This document shows positions 39,076 to 53,300 of a DNA stretch of 64,000 nucleotides, in pieces. Made by a program: the position numbers and the translations under genes. Source of the stretch: Eledone cirrhosa. Its lineage: Eukaryota. The notes under the pieces were generated by a model. It worked only from the letters and a program-made list of their open reading frames with translations. It had not been told where the DNA came from and did no database searches. The stretch is from positions 208,506,001 through 208,570,000 of the forward strand of contig OZ024741.1 of the NCBI GenBank assembly GCA_964016885.1, written 5' to 3'. How positions within the stretch are numbered: position 1 is the stretch's first letter; every line of letters starts with the position of its first letter.

Positions 39076-39177
39076 TATAGAGGTCTTAGACAATATACGG
39101 ATATAATAAGGCGCAACCCAAAATCAGTAAAATCGAATCTCTGGCGGTTTGCAAGTAAATTCAGCCTACTTATATGA

Positions 39178-39237
<60 letters not shown>

Positions 39238-41457
39238 CAGTTGTGTTATGACTGAAAACTACGGTTTTAGAAAGTTCCTTCATCAGATTAGAAGTAAAAA
39301 CGTAAGCTGCCTAGTAGGTTAGCATTTTCTTCCTTGGTACTGTAAACTTAATTTTTCCATACTGACTGTCACTGCTTTAGGACTGTATATCTTTCGGGGA
39401 AGATGAGGGTACGTGGAAATGCCTGGTCTTAATAATAAACATTTTATGTAGCCAACGAGGGAGTCTCTGCTAAAAATTTAAACATTGGAAGATGTAATTT
39501 TAAATATACTCTGAATATATCCTGGGATGGTCATGACTGGAAAACCTTTAATCATAGGTATGTTGGATTTGCCTTTAAATAAGGCTAAATAACAAAACAA
39601 TAATCCAACGAGATAGTTCTGTGTGATAATTTTAACTTGCTACAGTAGTCCTAAATACACTACGTCAGAAAAAATGGCACGGTTATAGCTGAGACATTCT
39701 GATCTCCATCTGCCGTATTAGATCTAACTTGGGCTAAATAATACAACGTATTTCTTGATTCCTTGACTTAGCAAATTCCCTATATTTGCTTAGATTTAGT
39801 GGAAAAATAAAACCTTGTGGATTCATTTCATATGTTACCTATTGGTCAACCGCTAGAATCCAGATAATGAAACAGCTGAAATATATAAAGACAACGGCAA
39901 TAGACGCACGGAGTAATATAAATCAGCTGTTCGTGTTTATTGGTTAAATACCAACGTTTACTGCTTTAATTCTGTTCACGTGTTTACGAAACATGGGGAA
40001 GTTGACATGTTTACGAAATATGGGTATGTTCTCCCTGATATGGTGATGACATATTATTGTTGTTCAGATCTTATTGTCGTATAAAGAGGTCAAAACTGTG
40101 ATTGGGGTATGGAAGGCTTTTGTAAAATAAACTTTTAATAGTATGGTCTCAAAAACGATAAAAGGCTGGCAGAATTGTTAGAGTGTCAGGTTGTTTATTT
40201 TGTTCTTGTTAAGTCTGGAGGAAGGAGTACTTCTTGTGGCTTTTACATGCCCTCCAAGAGCTGTGAAATGCCATTGGTTTCAGTAAAACTGTTTTTGAAT
40301 CAATACCTATAGTAAATACATTAATAAGGAGGGATTTAGATAAACCGACTCTAAAAGCAGAAAAGACTGATGGTATTGGGCAAGAGATGGTTGATGAGAG
40401 GAGAGATGAGGTAATCAGAAGTCATTGAGAGGAAATGGTACAAAAGTAGAGAGCAGTGAGGAGCAGAAGCCATTGTAGTAGCGGTAGAAAAGGTAGTGAT
40501 ATGAAGCAGCACGTCTGTTGGACTGGAGTGTGTTTGTAAATGAATTTCCAGCCAAAGACTTTGTGATATTTTCTACCTCAGTTCTAATTCTTCTAGGGTC
40601 ATTAAACTAAAATACTTGTCAAGTACTGAGTTCGACTGAATAAATATGTTTACAGTTTAGTCAGAGAGGGAAGTGGAGCTCCCTTGACCATATATTTTTA
40701 GGAACTGCAAGACGGGTAATAGGAAGAAAAGACATTATCTCCTGTCCGGAGACCTGATACGAATGTATGCGATAATATGGATTCCGCTAAAAGTAACCAA
40801 GAACTAAGCGATGGGATCAAACCAGGTGGCTGATCAAATCATCCTTACAGGGTCACTAAAATATAGTACCAATCATGTACAGGTCTCGATTTAATCGATT
40901 ATTCCCTATCGTGTCGGCAAATTGGCAAAGTCGATAGAGGGTCGAATAGAACACTATTGTATTCGTTGCAGCTTTCTGAGAACTCAATTTTACTTTTCAG
41001 TGTTTGATGAATAAAGTCCATGGTAAGGATTAGGGGAAATTTTAACGCATCGGACGAGGTGTCTTGCAGTGACTACTCTGGTTCTTTATGTTCTGAGTTT
41101 GTCCCACCTGTTTTTAACGATGTTATCATTGTACCCACACAGACTAATTCTTTTAATCAAAGTTTTATAATATATATATATATATATATACGTGTGTGCA
41201 TGTGTGTGTGTGTAAAAGGTAAACAGAAATAATAACACAATCGGTACAGTATATGGATGGGATATATTATGTTAACGCTTAACGTTTTGTGTATGATATA
41301 TTTTTTAGAAGTGGATGATAGAGCGCGCCTAAGTCTAAAGTATGTCTTCAACCGGAAGGTTCGTTTGGCCGGTGCTTCTCTCGATGCTTATGGCGTGAAG
41401 TAACTGAGAGTACAAGACTCCTCGCTGGACAGGACACCAGTCCAGCTGGTATACTGA

Positions 41458-41542
41458 CCAACGTGAAATGAAGGGTTTTGCTCAAGAACACAACACGCAA
41501 CCCATCCCAGGAATCGAACCCACAACATTATGACCGTAAGTC
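41458..41542 (-). mobile_element. SINE family B fragment
   Basis: Similar to 17897-17985 (…TTGCTCAAGAACACAAC…GGAATCGAACCCACAAC). Confidence 0.65.
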
Positions 41543-41557
41543 CATATATATATATAT

Positions 41558-41710
41558 CATGCTTTCTAGCATAGTTACGTCGCTTTACAGTCTGAGTTCA
41601 AATCCTGCTGAGGTTAACTTTGCCTTTCATCCTTACGGGCTCTATAAAATAAAGTACCAGTAATGTACTGAGTAATTGCTGGCCTTGTTCCTAAAGTAGA
41701 AACAATTATA
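41558..41710 (+). mobile_element. SINE family A, 5'-truncated
   Basis: Matches family A from CATGCTTT to GTAGAAACAATT. Confidence 0.85.
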
Positions 41711-41948
41711 TATATATATATATATTATATATATATATATAATTGTTTATAGATAATAATAGATAATAATAGACAAACTAACCAAAATAACAACAATTTT
41801 AATTACGGCAACAACTTTAACAACTATAATAAAAAGCATTACAATAATTCCAAAAGCCAAAAAAGAAATAGAACTAGGAATATAATATGGTTTGCCCCCC
41901 CCCCCTTCTCACTAAACATTAAAACCCACATCGCTAAACTATTTTTTA

Positions 41949-42551
41949 ATGCTCTTGATAATCGCCTTCCCTAGAACACATAGGTATCACTCAATTTTCA
42001 ATAGACATACTATAAAATTAACCTACTCATCCACCAAAAATTTAGCACAAAATATTAATAGAATAAATAATAGGAATTTAAAACCTAGCCAAAATACCGA
42101 TAATAGCATAAATAATATCCAAGTTAACAAATGTAACTGTAGAGATAGATCTAAATGTCCGTTAAATAACAATTGCTTAGTTAAAAATATAATATACAAC
42201 TGTAATGTTAAAACGGACTTAAATTCTTTTAACTATGTTGGTTCCACCTCAACAGAATTTAAACTTCGCTATAATAACCACAAGAATTCTTTCACAGATC
42301 CAAGCAAAAAATCACTATCAGGCCTACTCTGGCAACTTAGGCATGATAACGTTGGATATTCAACGGCTTGGAATATAGTCTCAAGAGGGATTCCTTTTAA
42401 TTCATCCTCTGAGACATGTGACCTCTGCGCGGAGGAGATATTCTTTATACTAAAATCTAAAAATTCCCTTAATTTACGGACAAATTTATTCAGTTGCTGC
42501 AGACATAGATTGAACTCAACTTTTAAATATAAATATAAATTTAAAATGTAG
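41949..42551 (+). CDS. PLE GIY-YIG endonuclease (frameshifted fragment of the polyprotein)
   Basis: IFNRHTIKLTYS…CNCRDRSKCPLNNNCLVKNIIY…YVGSTSTEFKLRYNNHKNSF…CDLCAEE…SCCRH. Confidence 0.85.
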   Translation: MLLIIAFPRTHRYHSIFNRHTIKLTYSSTKNLAQNINRINNRNLKPSQNTDNSINNIQVNKCNCRDRSKCPLNNNCLVKNIIYNCNVKTDLNSFNYVGSTSTEFKLRYNNHKNSFTDPSKKSLSGLLWQLRHDNVGYSTAWNIVSRGIPFNSSSETCDLCAEEIFFILKSKNSLNLRTNLFSCCRHRLNSTFKYKYKFKM

Positions 42552-43645
42552 TATATTTAATTTGATTTATAATTATTTATGAAACTCGCCGATAAATCTT
42601 TCGATTCCTTTTTATTTTTTTATTTTTTAAACATTCTTCATGAATAATTAAACTACCCTAAAAGCTGATGCTCCAAATATATCGAATAAATTTTACACTA
42701 GATAAACTTCTATATTAAATATAAGACCATCTCTAGATCAAATGGGTATCCTAAACTTTTGGAATGTTTTCTGCTAGACAGGATTTGGTAAATAATTTTG
42801 GTTTTGTTTGCTTTTGATTCTGATGCTTATAACGAACTTGGCAATATATTGTCAATTAACTTTGAAGGGTTGATCTCTGTGGTTGATTTGCGGGGCATAC
42901 TATGTTTCATTTTTATTTTAATATTTTTAATATTTTTAATATTTTTATTTTTATTTTTATTTTTAATATTTTTTTGATTTTTATTTATTTATTTTTTGAT
43001 TTTTGTTTTTTATTTACATTTTGTTTCTGATATTTTTATTTTTATTAATATATTGATATCTGTTCTCTATTTATGCTTGAACGATAATCATGTAGAGTAA
43101 AGACATGAATAGTATTGTTAAAATTAATGTAGACTCTATATATATTTGTGTGTATGTACACATGTATGTATACTAGAATTTTTATAGCACAATGAGAATG
43201 TTTTCGTGTGAAATAGGAATTTGCAGAGCTGATCACGTAAATTCACATGATGTATATAGTATAAAATCTGGGATAACCTTCTAATATAAACCTATGAATT
43301 TTAAACTAGACATATGATCATTATTTTTCACACTTTATTGATACGTGTCTCATTCATGAATACTGATATTTACATTATAATGCCTGTTTTATACGAATTG
43401 ATATTTTTTACATTGATGATACATAGTGTTTTAAATCTGCCTCGTTTTTGTCTGGATATTTTTCTTTTTCTTTTCTCTCTATGTAACGGCTGTTTTCTCT
43501 CTTAACCACATATATCTCTCTCTACATTGATACTAGAGCTAAATAAATAAATAAATAAATAAATATATCATTGATACGTCATTCAACTGGTGCACAACTA
43601 CCTATTTTCTTTCTCTCTATCTCTATCTATATCTATCTCTCTATA

Positions 43646-43682
<37 letters not shown>

Positions 43683-43980
43683 CTTCTCTCTCTCTCTCTC
43701 TCTATCTATCTCCCTCTGTGTTTTTTCCTCTCTCTATATATCTCTCTCTGTTTCTTTACATGAATTTCTTCTCTATATCTATCTCTCTATATCTATCTCT
43801 CTCTATTTAGTTGCATGCATTTCTTTTTTTTTTTTTTTTTTTTTCTCCGTTTTTTCTTTTTTCTTTCTTTCTTTTTATAACTGTCCCTAATATTTTTTCC
43901 ACTACCAATTCAACTTTTCAAATTGAAGTCGATGTTGAAAGGTATGTCGAATCTATCTATTTATAAGACTGTTTATATTG

Positions 43981-44046
43981 TATTTTGTCTGAGGAAGGCA
44001 TAACATATTTTTAATATGATATCCCTGAAATATATATAATGAAATA
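43981..44046 (+). ncRNA. Type I hammerhead ribozyme with long stem II
   Basis: TATTTTGT-CTGAGGA-AGG…CCT-GAAA-TATATATA-ATGAAATA; 8-bp stem I; compensatory change relative to the 17040 copy. Confidence 0.8.
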
Positions 44047-44389
44047 AATATGGTTTTATAAATATAGTTTCCATTTATTTAATATCGTAAATATACTCCA
44101 AATACTTGTTGAGTGCTTTTATATCAGTTATAAATATTTACTCGTTGTTAACCCAACAATTTAAATAAAACTTTGCATATATATATTATATATATATATA
44201 TATATATTCTGCGTTTACAGATTGACTTTGTTAGTTTCAGAAGATCCCGTTAAGGGTGAAAGAAGCGATTCTTTGCTTAAACTTTAATCTGTTATTTTAA
44301 TAAATATTTGCTCTACGGTTCTTATATATTTGATATATATTTTCCTTATCGAGCCCTCTTTGGATTTTAGTCTTCAATTTTATTATTAT

Positions 44390-44464
<75 letters not shown>

Positions 44465-45169
44465 TTGTGAGTTAAATGGAATAAAGAGTGACATGTTAAG
44501 ACATGTTAGCAATAGCTGTCATACGTCGGAGTATTGAAGATGGAAAGACTTCATGCAAGGGATTAGTTGGTTAAACTGATAAAGGGTTGAAGACAAAATA
44601 GGAAATTATAAATATTTTGACACACTTTTAGTATTTCAGCCGATGCAACATGGCGGATAATAGGGATTGGAGGGGAAGGGGGAAAAGGATATGGATGGAG
44701 CCAGTTGGACGCTGTGTTGGTGTGTAGGGACTGACAGTAACACTAGAACTTAAAAAGAGGATGGTAGTAATTTAACAAAGGGTAATCAATTAAACAGTAA
44801 CACTCACCGATAATTACGGCAACGACGATTATAATGATACCGATAATGATGATGATGATGATGATGATGATGGTGTTGATAGTGATGGTCGTCGGGGGAG
44901 GAGTGGTGGTGGGCGTACTTGTGATGATGATAATGATGATGATAGAGGAGGAGAGGAATAAAGGGGAGGAGGAGGGGCAGGATTTCGATGTGGAAAAGTA
45001 TTATGTAGGTGCTCCTGTTGCTGCTGATGATGATGATAATGAGGAGAGGAAGGGGGCGAGGAGGAGGAGAATGATGATGGAGATAATGAAGGTGATAGAT
45101 AATAGAGATAAGTGATTAGGACGATGATGATAATGATGACGACGATGGTGATGATGATGATCCTGAAGA

Positions 45170-47240
45170 TTGGTGGTAGTGGTGGCGGGTGTGGGGGGGT
45201 AGTAGTGGTGGTGGTAGTGGTAGTGGTAGTGGTGGTGGTGGTGGTGGTAGTGGTGGTGTTAGTAGTGGTGGTAGTGGTGGTGGTAGTGGTAACGGTGGTG
45301 GTTCTGGTGGTGGTGGTGGTAGTGGTAACGGTGGTGGTAGTGGTAACGGTGGTGGTTCTGGTGGTGGTGGTGGTGGTGGTAGTGGTGGTAGTGGTAGTGG
45401 TAGCGGTGGTGGTTCTGGTGGTGGTGGTAGTGGTGGTGGTAGTGGTAGCGGTGGTGGTTCTGGTGGTGGTGGTGGTAGTGGTGGTAGTTGTGTTAGTGGT
45501 GGTGGTGAGGGTAGTGGTGGTAGTGGTGGTGGTGGTTGTGGTGGTTGTGGTGGTAGTGGAGGTACTGCTGGTAGTGCTGGTAGTGGTGGTAGTAGTGGAG
45601 GTAGTGGTCGTAGTTGTGGTAGTGGTGGTGGTCGTGGTGCTGGTGGTAGTGGTGGTGGTAGTGGTAGTGGTGTTGGTGGTAGAAGTGGTGGTAGTGGTGG
45701 TAGTGGTGGTGGTGGTGGTGTTAGTGGTAGTTGTGGTGGTGGTAGTGGTGGTAGTGGTAGTGGTGGTGGTGGTAGAAGTGGTGGTAGTGGTGGTAGTGGT
45801 GGTGGTGGTGGTGTTAGTGGTAGTTGTGGTGGTGGTAGTGGTGGTAGTGGTGGTGGTGGTGGTGGTGGTAGTTGTGTTAGTGGTGGTGGTGGGGGTAGTG
45901 GTGGTAGTGGTGTTAGTAGTGGTGGTGGTTGTGGTGGTGGTGGTGGTGGTAGTGGTGGTAGTGCTGCTAGTGCTGGTAGTGCTGGTAGTGGTGGTAGTGG
46001 CGGTGGTGGTGGTAGTTGTGTTAGTGGTGGTGGCGGGGGTAGTGGTGGTGGTGGTGGTAGTGGTGGTGGTGGTTGTGGTAGTTGTGTTAGTGGTGGTGGT
46101 GGGGGTAGTGGTGGTAGTGGTGGTAGTAGTGGTGGTGGTTGTAGTGGTGGTGGTAGTTGTGGTAGTAGTGGTTGTGGTGGTGGTGGTGGTAGTGGTGGTA
46201 GTAGTGGTAGTAGTGTTAGTGGTAGTGGTAGTGGTGGTGGTGGTCGTGGCGGTGGTGGTAGTGGTGGTAGCGGTGATAGTGGTTGTGGTGGTGGTGATGG
46301 TAGTGGTGTTAGTGGTGGTGGTGGTAGTGGTGGTGGTTGTAGTGGTGGTGGTAGTGGTGGTGGTAGTGGTGGTAGTGGTGGTCGTGGTGGTCGTGGTGGT
46401 AGTGGTGGTGGTGGTAGTGGTAATAGTGGTGGTAGTGGTAGTGGTGGTGGTGATGGTAGTGGTGTTAGTGGTGGTAGTGGTAGTGTCGGTAGTGGTGGTG
46501 GTGGTGGGGGTAGTGGTGGTGGTGGTTGTGGTAGTTGTGTTAGTGGTGGTGGTGGGGGTAGTGGTGGTAGTGGTGGTAGTAGTGGTGGTGGTTGTAGTGG
46601 TGGTGGTAGTTGTGGTAGTAGTGGTTGTGGTGGTGGTGGTGGTAGTGGTGGTAGTAGTGGTAGTAGTGTTAGTGGTAGTGGTAGTGGTGGTGGTGGTCGT
46701 GGCGGTGGTGGTAGTGGTGGTAGCGGTGATAGTGGTTGTGGTGGTGGTGATGGTAGTGGTGTTAGTGGTGGTGGTGGTAGTGGTGGTGGTTGTAGTGGTG
46801 GTGGTAGTGGTGGTGGTAGTGGTGGTAGTGGTGGTCGTGGTGGTCGTGGTGGTAGTGGTGGTGGTGGTAGTGGTAATAGTGGTGGTAGTGGTAGTGGTGG
46901 TGGTGATGGTAGTGGTGTTAGTGGTGGTGGTGGTAGTGTCGGTAGTGGTGGTGGTGGTGGGGGTAGTGGTGGTGGTGATTGTAGTGGTGTTAGTGGTGGT
47001 GGTGGTAGTAGTGGTAGTGGTAGTGGTGGAGGTGCTGGTGCGGTGGTGGTGGTAGTGGTAGTGTTAGTGTTGGTGGTGATGGATGTGTCCTTGGTTATGA
47101 TTGATAGTGGTGGTGGTGGAGAGAGGTAGGTGAGGTGATAGTGGTGGTAGTGGTGGAAGTTAAGGTGATGGAGAGCAGTAGGAGTGGTGGCGCTGCTGAT
47201 AGGTGTGGTGGTAGGTGTATGGTGTGGTGGTGGTGGTAAT
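45170..47240. repeat. Degenerate (GGT/AGT)n trinucleotide tract with an internal 453-bp tandem duplication
   Basis: Rare markers recur at +453 (GGC at 46248/46701; TAAT at 46421/46874). Confidence 0.93.
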
Positions 47241-47399
47241 CTTGATGATTATTACCGTAGGCATGACAACATCATTACTATCACCACATCAATGACTACC
47301 TGCTTTGTATTCAACACCAGCACCAGCGTTACCACCTTCACCACAAACAACAACATCAAAAACACTAAACAATAGAATTAATTATAACATCAACAATAA

Positions 47400-50300
47400 C
47401 TATGCCGGAACTATCACCAACACCAACACTACCCAGAACTACCACCATCAACACTACAACCAACACCACAACTACCCAGAACTACCACCATCACCACTAC
47501 AACCAACACCACCACTATCCAGAACTACCACCATCACCACTACAACCAACACCACCACTTCCCAGAACTACCACCATCACCACTACAACCAACACCACCA
47601 CTTCCCAGAACTACCACCATCACCACTACAACCAACACCACCACTACCTAGAACTACCACCATCACCACTACAACCAACACCACCACTACTCAGAACTAC
47701 CACCATCATCACTACAACCAACACCACCACTTCCCAGAACTACCACCATCACCACTACAACCAAGACCACCACTTCCCAGAACTACCACCATCACCACTA
47801 CAACCAAGACCACCACTTCCCAGAACTACCACCATCACCACTACAACCAACACCACCATTTCCCAGAACTACCACCATCACCAGTACAACCAACATCACC
47901 ACTTCCCAGAACAACCACCATCATCACTACAACCAACACCACCACTTCCCAGAACTACCACCATCACCACTACAACCAACATCACCACTTCCCAGAACTA
48001 CCACCATCACCACTACAACCAACACCACCACTTCCTAGAACTACCACCATCACCACTACAACCAAGACCACCACTTCCCAGAACCACCACCATCATCACT
48101 ACAACCAAGACAACCACTACCCAGAACTACCACCATCACCACTACAACCAACACCACCACTACCCAGAACTACCACCATCACCACTACAACCAACACCAC
48201 CACTTCCCAGAACTACCACCATCACCACTACAACCAACACCACCACTACCCAGAACTACCACCATCACCACTACCACCAACACCACCACCACCCAGAACT
48301 ACCACCATCACCACTACAACCAACACCACCACTTCCCAGAACTACCACCATCACCACTACAACCAAGACCACCACTTCCCAGAACTACCACCATCACCAC
48401 TACAACCAAGACCACCACTTCCCAGAACTACCACCATCACCACTACAACCAACACCACCATTTCCCAGAACTACCACCATCACCAGTACAACCAACATCA
48501 CCACTTCCCAGAACAACCACCATCATCACTACAACCAACACCACCACTTCCCAGAACTACCACCATCACCACTACAACCAACATCACCACTTCCCAGAAT
48601 TACCACCATCACCACTACAACCAACACCACCACTTCCTAGAACTACCACCATCACCACTACAACCAAGACCACCACTTCCCAGAACCACCACCATCATCA
48701 CTACAACCAAGACAACCACTACCCAGAACTACCACCATCACCACTACAACCAACACCACCACTACCCAGAACTACCACCATCACCACTACAACCAACACC
48801 ACCACTTCCCAGAACTACCACCATCACCACTACAACCAACACCACCACTACCCAGAACTACCACCATCACCACTACCACCAACACCACCACCACCCAGAA
48901 CTACCACCATCACCACTACAACCAACACCACCACTTCCCAGAACTACCACCATCACCACTACAACCAACACCACCACTTCCCAGAACTACCACCATCACC
49001 ACTACAACCAACACCACCACTACCCAGAACTACCACCATCACCACTACCACCAACACCACCACTACCCAGAACTACCACCATCACCACTACAACCAACAC
49101 CACCACTTCCCAGAACTACCACCATCACCACTACAACCAACACCACCACTTCCCAGACTACCACCATCACCACTACAACCAACACCACCACTACCCAGAA
49201 CAACCACCATCACCACTACCACCAACACCACCACTACCCAGAACTACCACCATCACCACTACAACCAACACCACCACTTCCCAGAACTACCACCATCACC
49301 ACTACAACCAACACCACCACTTCCCAGACTACCACCATCACCACTACAACCAACACCACCACTACCCAGAACAACCACCATCACCACTACCACCAACACC
49401 ACCACTACCCAGAACTACCACCATCACCACTACAACCAACACCACCACTACCCAGAACTACCACCATCACCACTAAAACCAACACCACCACTACCCAGAA
49501 CTACCACCATCACCACTACAACCAACACCAACACTTCCCAGAACTACCACCAGCACCACTACAACCAACACCACCACTTCCCAGAACTACCACCATCACC
49601 ACTACAACCAACACCACCACTTCCCAGAACTACCACCATCACCACTACAACCAACACCACCACTTCCCAGAACTACCACCATCACCACTACAACCAACAC
49701 CACCACTACCCAGAACTACCACCATCACCACTACAACCAACACCACCACTTCCCAGAACTACCACCATCACCACTACAACCAACACCACCACTTCCCAGA
49801 ACTACCACCATCACCACTACAACCAACACCACCACTACCCAGAACTACCACCATCACCACAACAACCAACACCACCACTTCCCAGAACTACCACCATCAC
49901 CACTACAACCAACACCACCACTTCCCGGAACTACCACCATCACCACTACAACCAACACCACCACTACCCAGAACAAACCACCATCACCACTACCACCAAC
50001 ACCACCACTTCCCAGAACAACCCCCATCACCACTACAACCAAAACCACCACTTCCCAGAACTACCACCATCACCACTACAACCAACACCACCACTTCCCA
50101 AAACTACCATCATCACCACTACAACCAACACCACCACTTCCCAGAACTACCAGCATCACCACTACAACCAACACCACCACTTCCCAGAACTACCACCAAC
50201 ACCACCACTTCCCAGAACTACCACCATCACCACTACGACCAACACCACCACTTCCCAGAACTACCACCATCACCACTACAACCAACACCACCACTACCCA

Positions 50301-53300
50301 GAACTACCACCATCACCACTACAACCAACACCACGACTTCCCAGAACTACCACCTTCACCACTACAACCAACACCACCACTTCCCAGAACTACCACCAAC
50401 ACCACCACTTCCCAGGACTACCACCATCACCACTACAACCAACACCACCACTTCCCAGAACTACCACCATCACCACTACAACCAACACCACCACTTCCCA
50501 GAACTACCACCATCACCACTACAACCAACACCACCACTTCCCAGAACTACCACCATCACCACTACAACCAACACCACCACTTCCCAGAACTACCACCATC
50601 ACCACTACAACCAACACCACCACTTCCCAGAACTACCACCAACACCACCACTTCCCAGAACTAACACCATCACCACTAGAACCAACACCACCACTTCCCA
50701 GAACTACCACCAACACCACCACTTCCCAGAACTACAACCATCACCACTACAACCAACACCACCACTTCCCAGAACTACAACCATCACCACTACAACCAAC
50801 ACCACCACTTCCCAGAACTACCACCATCACCACTACAACCAACACCACTACAACCAACACCACCACTACCCAGAACTACCACCATCATCACTAAAACCAA
50901 CACCACCACTGCCCAGAACTACCACCATCATCACTACAACCAACACCACCACTTCCCAGAATTACCACCATCACCGCTACCACCATCAACACCACAACCA
51001 ACACCACCACTTCCCAGAACTACCACCATCACCACTACAACCAACACCACCACTACCCAGAACTAACACCATCATCACTACAACCAACACCACCACTTCC
51101 CAGAACTACCACCATCACCACTACAACCAACACCACCACTTCCTAGAACTACCACCATCACCACTACAACCAACACCACCACTTCCCAGAACTGCTACCA
51201 TCATCACTACAACCAACACCACCACTTCCCAGAACTACCACCATCACCACTATAACCACACCACAACTACCCAGAACTACCACCATCACCACTACCCCCA
51301 TCACCACCACGACCAACACCACCACTTCCCAGAACTACCTCTATCACCACCACAACCGACACCACCACTTCCCAGAACTACCACCATCACCACTACCACC
51401 AAAACCACCACTTCCCAGAACAACCACCATCATCATTACAAACAACACCACCACTTCCCGGATCTACCACCATCACCACTACAACCAATACCACCACTTC
51501 CCAGAACTACCACCGTCGACACTACAACCAAAACCACCACTACACAGAACTACGACCATCACCACTACAACCAACACCACTACTTCCCAGAACTAACACC
51601 ATCACCAACACAACCACCACCACCACTTCCCAGAACTACCACCACCACTACTACAACCAACACCACGACTTCCCAGAACTACCACCATCACCACTGCAAC
51701 CAACACGACCACTACCCAGAACAATCACCATCACCACTACTGCCAACACCACCACTACAGCCAACACCACCACTTCCCAGAACAACCCCCATCACCACTA
51801 CAACCAACACCACCACTTCCCAGAACTACCACCATCACCACTACAACCAACACCACCACTTCCCAGAACTACCATCATCACCACTACAACCAACACCACC
51901 ACTTCCCAGAACTACCACCATCAACACTACAACCAATACCACCACTACCCAGAACTACCACCATCACCACTACAACCAAAACCACGACATCCCAGAACTA
52001 CCACCTTCACCACTACAACCAACACCACCACTTCCCAGAACTACCACCAACACCAGCACTTCCCAGAACTACCACCATCACCACTACAACCAACACCACC
52101 ACTTCCCAGAACTACCACCATCACCACTACAACCAACACCACCACTTCCCAGAACTACCACCATCACCACTACAACCAACACCACCACTTCCCAGAACTA
52201 CCACCATCACCACTACAACCAATACCACCACTTCCCAGAACTACCACCATCTCCACCACTACCCAGAACTACCACCATCACCACTACAACCAACACCACC
52301 ACTTCCCAGAACTACCACCAACACCACCACTTCCCAGAACTACCACCATCACCACTACAACCAACACCACCACTTCCCAGAACTACCACCAACACCGCCA
52401 CTTCCCAGAACAACCACCATCACCACTACAACCAACAACACCACTTCCCTGAACTACCACCATCACCACTACAACCAACACCACCACTTCCCAGAACTAC
52501 CACCTTCACCACTACAACCAACACGACCACTACCCAGAACTACCAAATCACCACTACAACCAACACCACCACTACCCAGAACTACCACCATCATCACTAC
52601 AACCAACACCACCACTTCCCAGAACCACCACCATCACCACTACCACCATCAACACCACAACCAACATCACCACTTCCCAGAACTACTACCATCATCACTA
52701 CAACCAACACCACCACTTCCCAGAACTACCACCATCACCACTACAGCCAACACCACCACTATCCAGAACTACCACCATCACCACTACAACCAACACCACC
52801 ACTTCCCAGAACAGCCACCATCACCACTACAATCAACACCACCACTTCCCATAACTACCACCCTCACCACTACCACCATCACCACCACAACCAACACCAC
52901 CACTTCCCAGAACAACCACCATCATCACTACAACCAACACCACCACTTCCCAGAACCTCCACCATCACCACTACAACCAAAACCACCACTTCCCAGAACT
53001 ACAACCATCACCACTACAACCAACACCACCACTTCCCAGAACTACCACCATCACCACTACAACCAACACCACCACTTCCCAGAACAACCACCATCACCAC
53101 TACAACCAACACCACCACTTCCCAGAACTACCACCATCACCACTACAACCAACACCACCACTTCCCAGAACTAGCACCATCACCACTACAACCAACACCA
53201 CCACTTCCCAGAACCTCCACCATCACCACTACAACCAACACCACCACTTCCCAGAACTACAACAATCACCACTACAACCAACACCACCACTTCCCAGAAC

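Larger units (their letters stand above)
41745..44177 (+). mobile_element. 5'-truncated Penelope-like element (Naiad-like, tentative) with long 3' region ending in an HHR pseudo-LTR
   Basis: RNIIWFAPPPFS linker (~41875), GIY-YIG ORF, and a pLTR at 43940-44177 homologous to 17014-17236; (TA)n flanks. Confidence 0.78.

Noticed and set aside
45112-47129. Poly-Val and Gly/Ser/Cys-rich (loricrin-like) ORFs
   Set aside because: GTG and GGT frames of a (GGT/AGT)n tract rarely mutate to stops; no non-repetitive domain or credible start.
47305-49476. 723-aa Thr/Pro/His-rich 'mucin-like' ORF (also 47402-48640 and 55486-56538)
   Set aside because: The unit is 43 nt (not a multiple of 3), the frame cycles, indels are frequent, and there is no signal peptide or splice context; stop-free frames follow from base composition.
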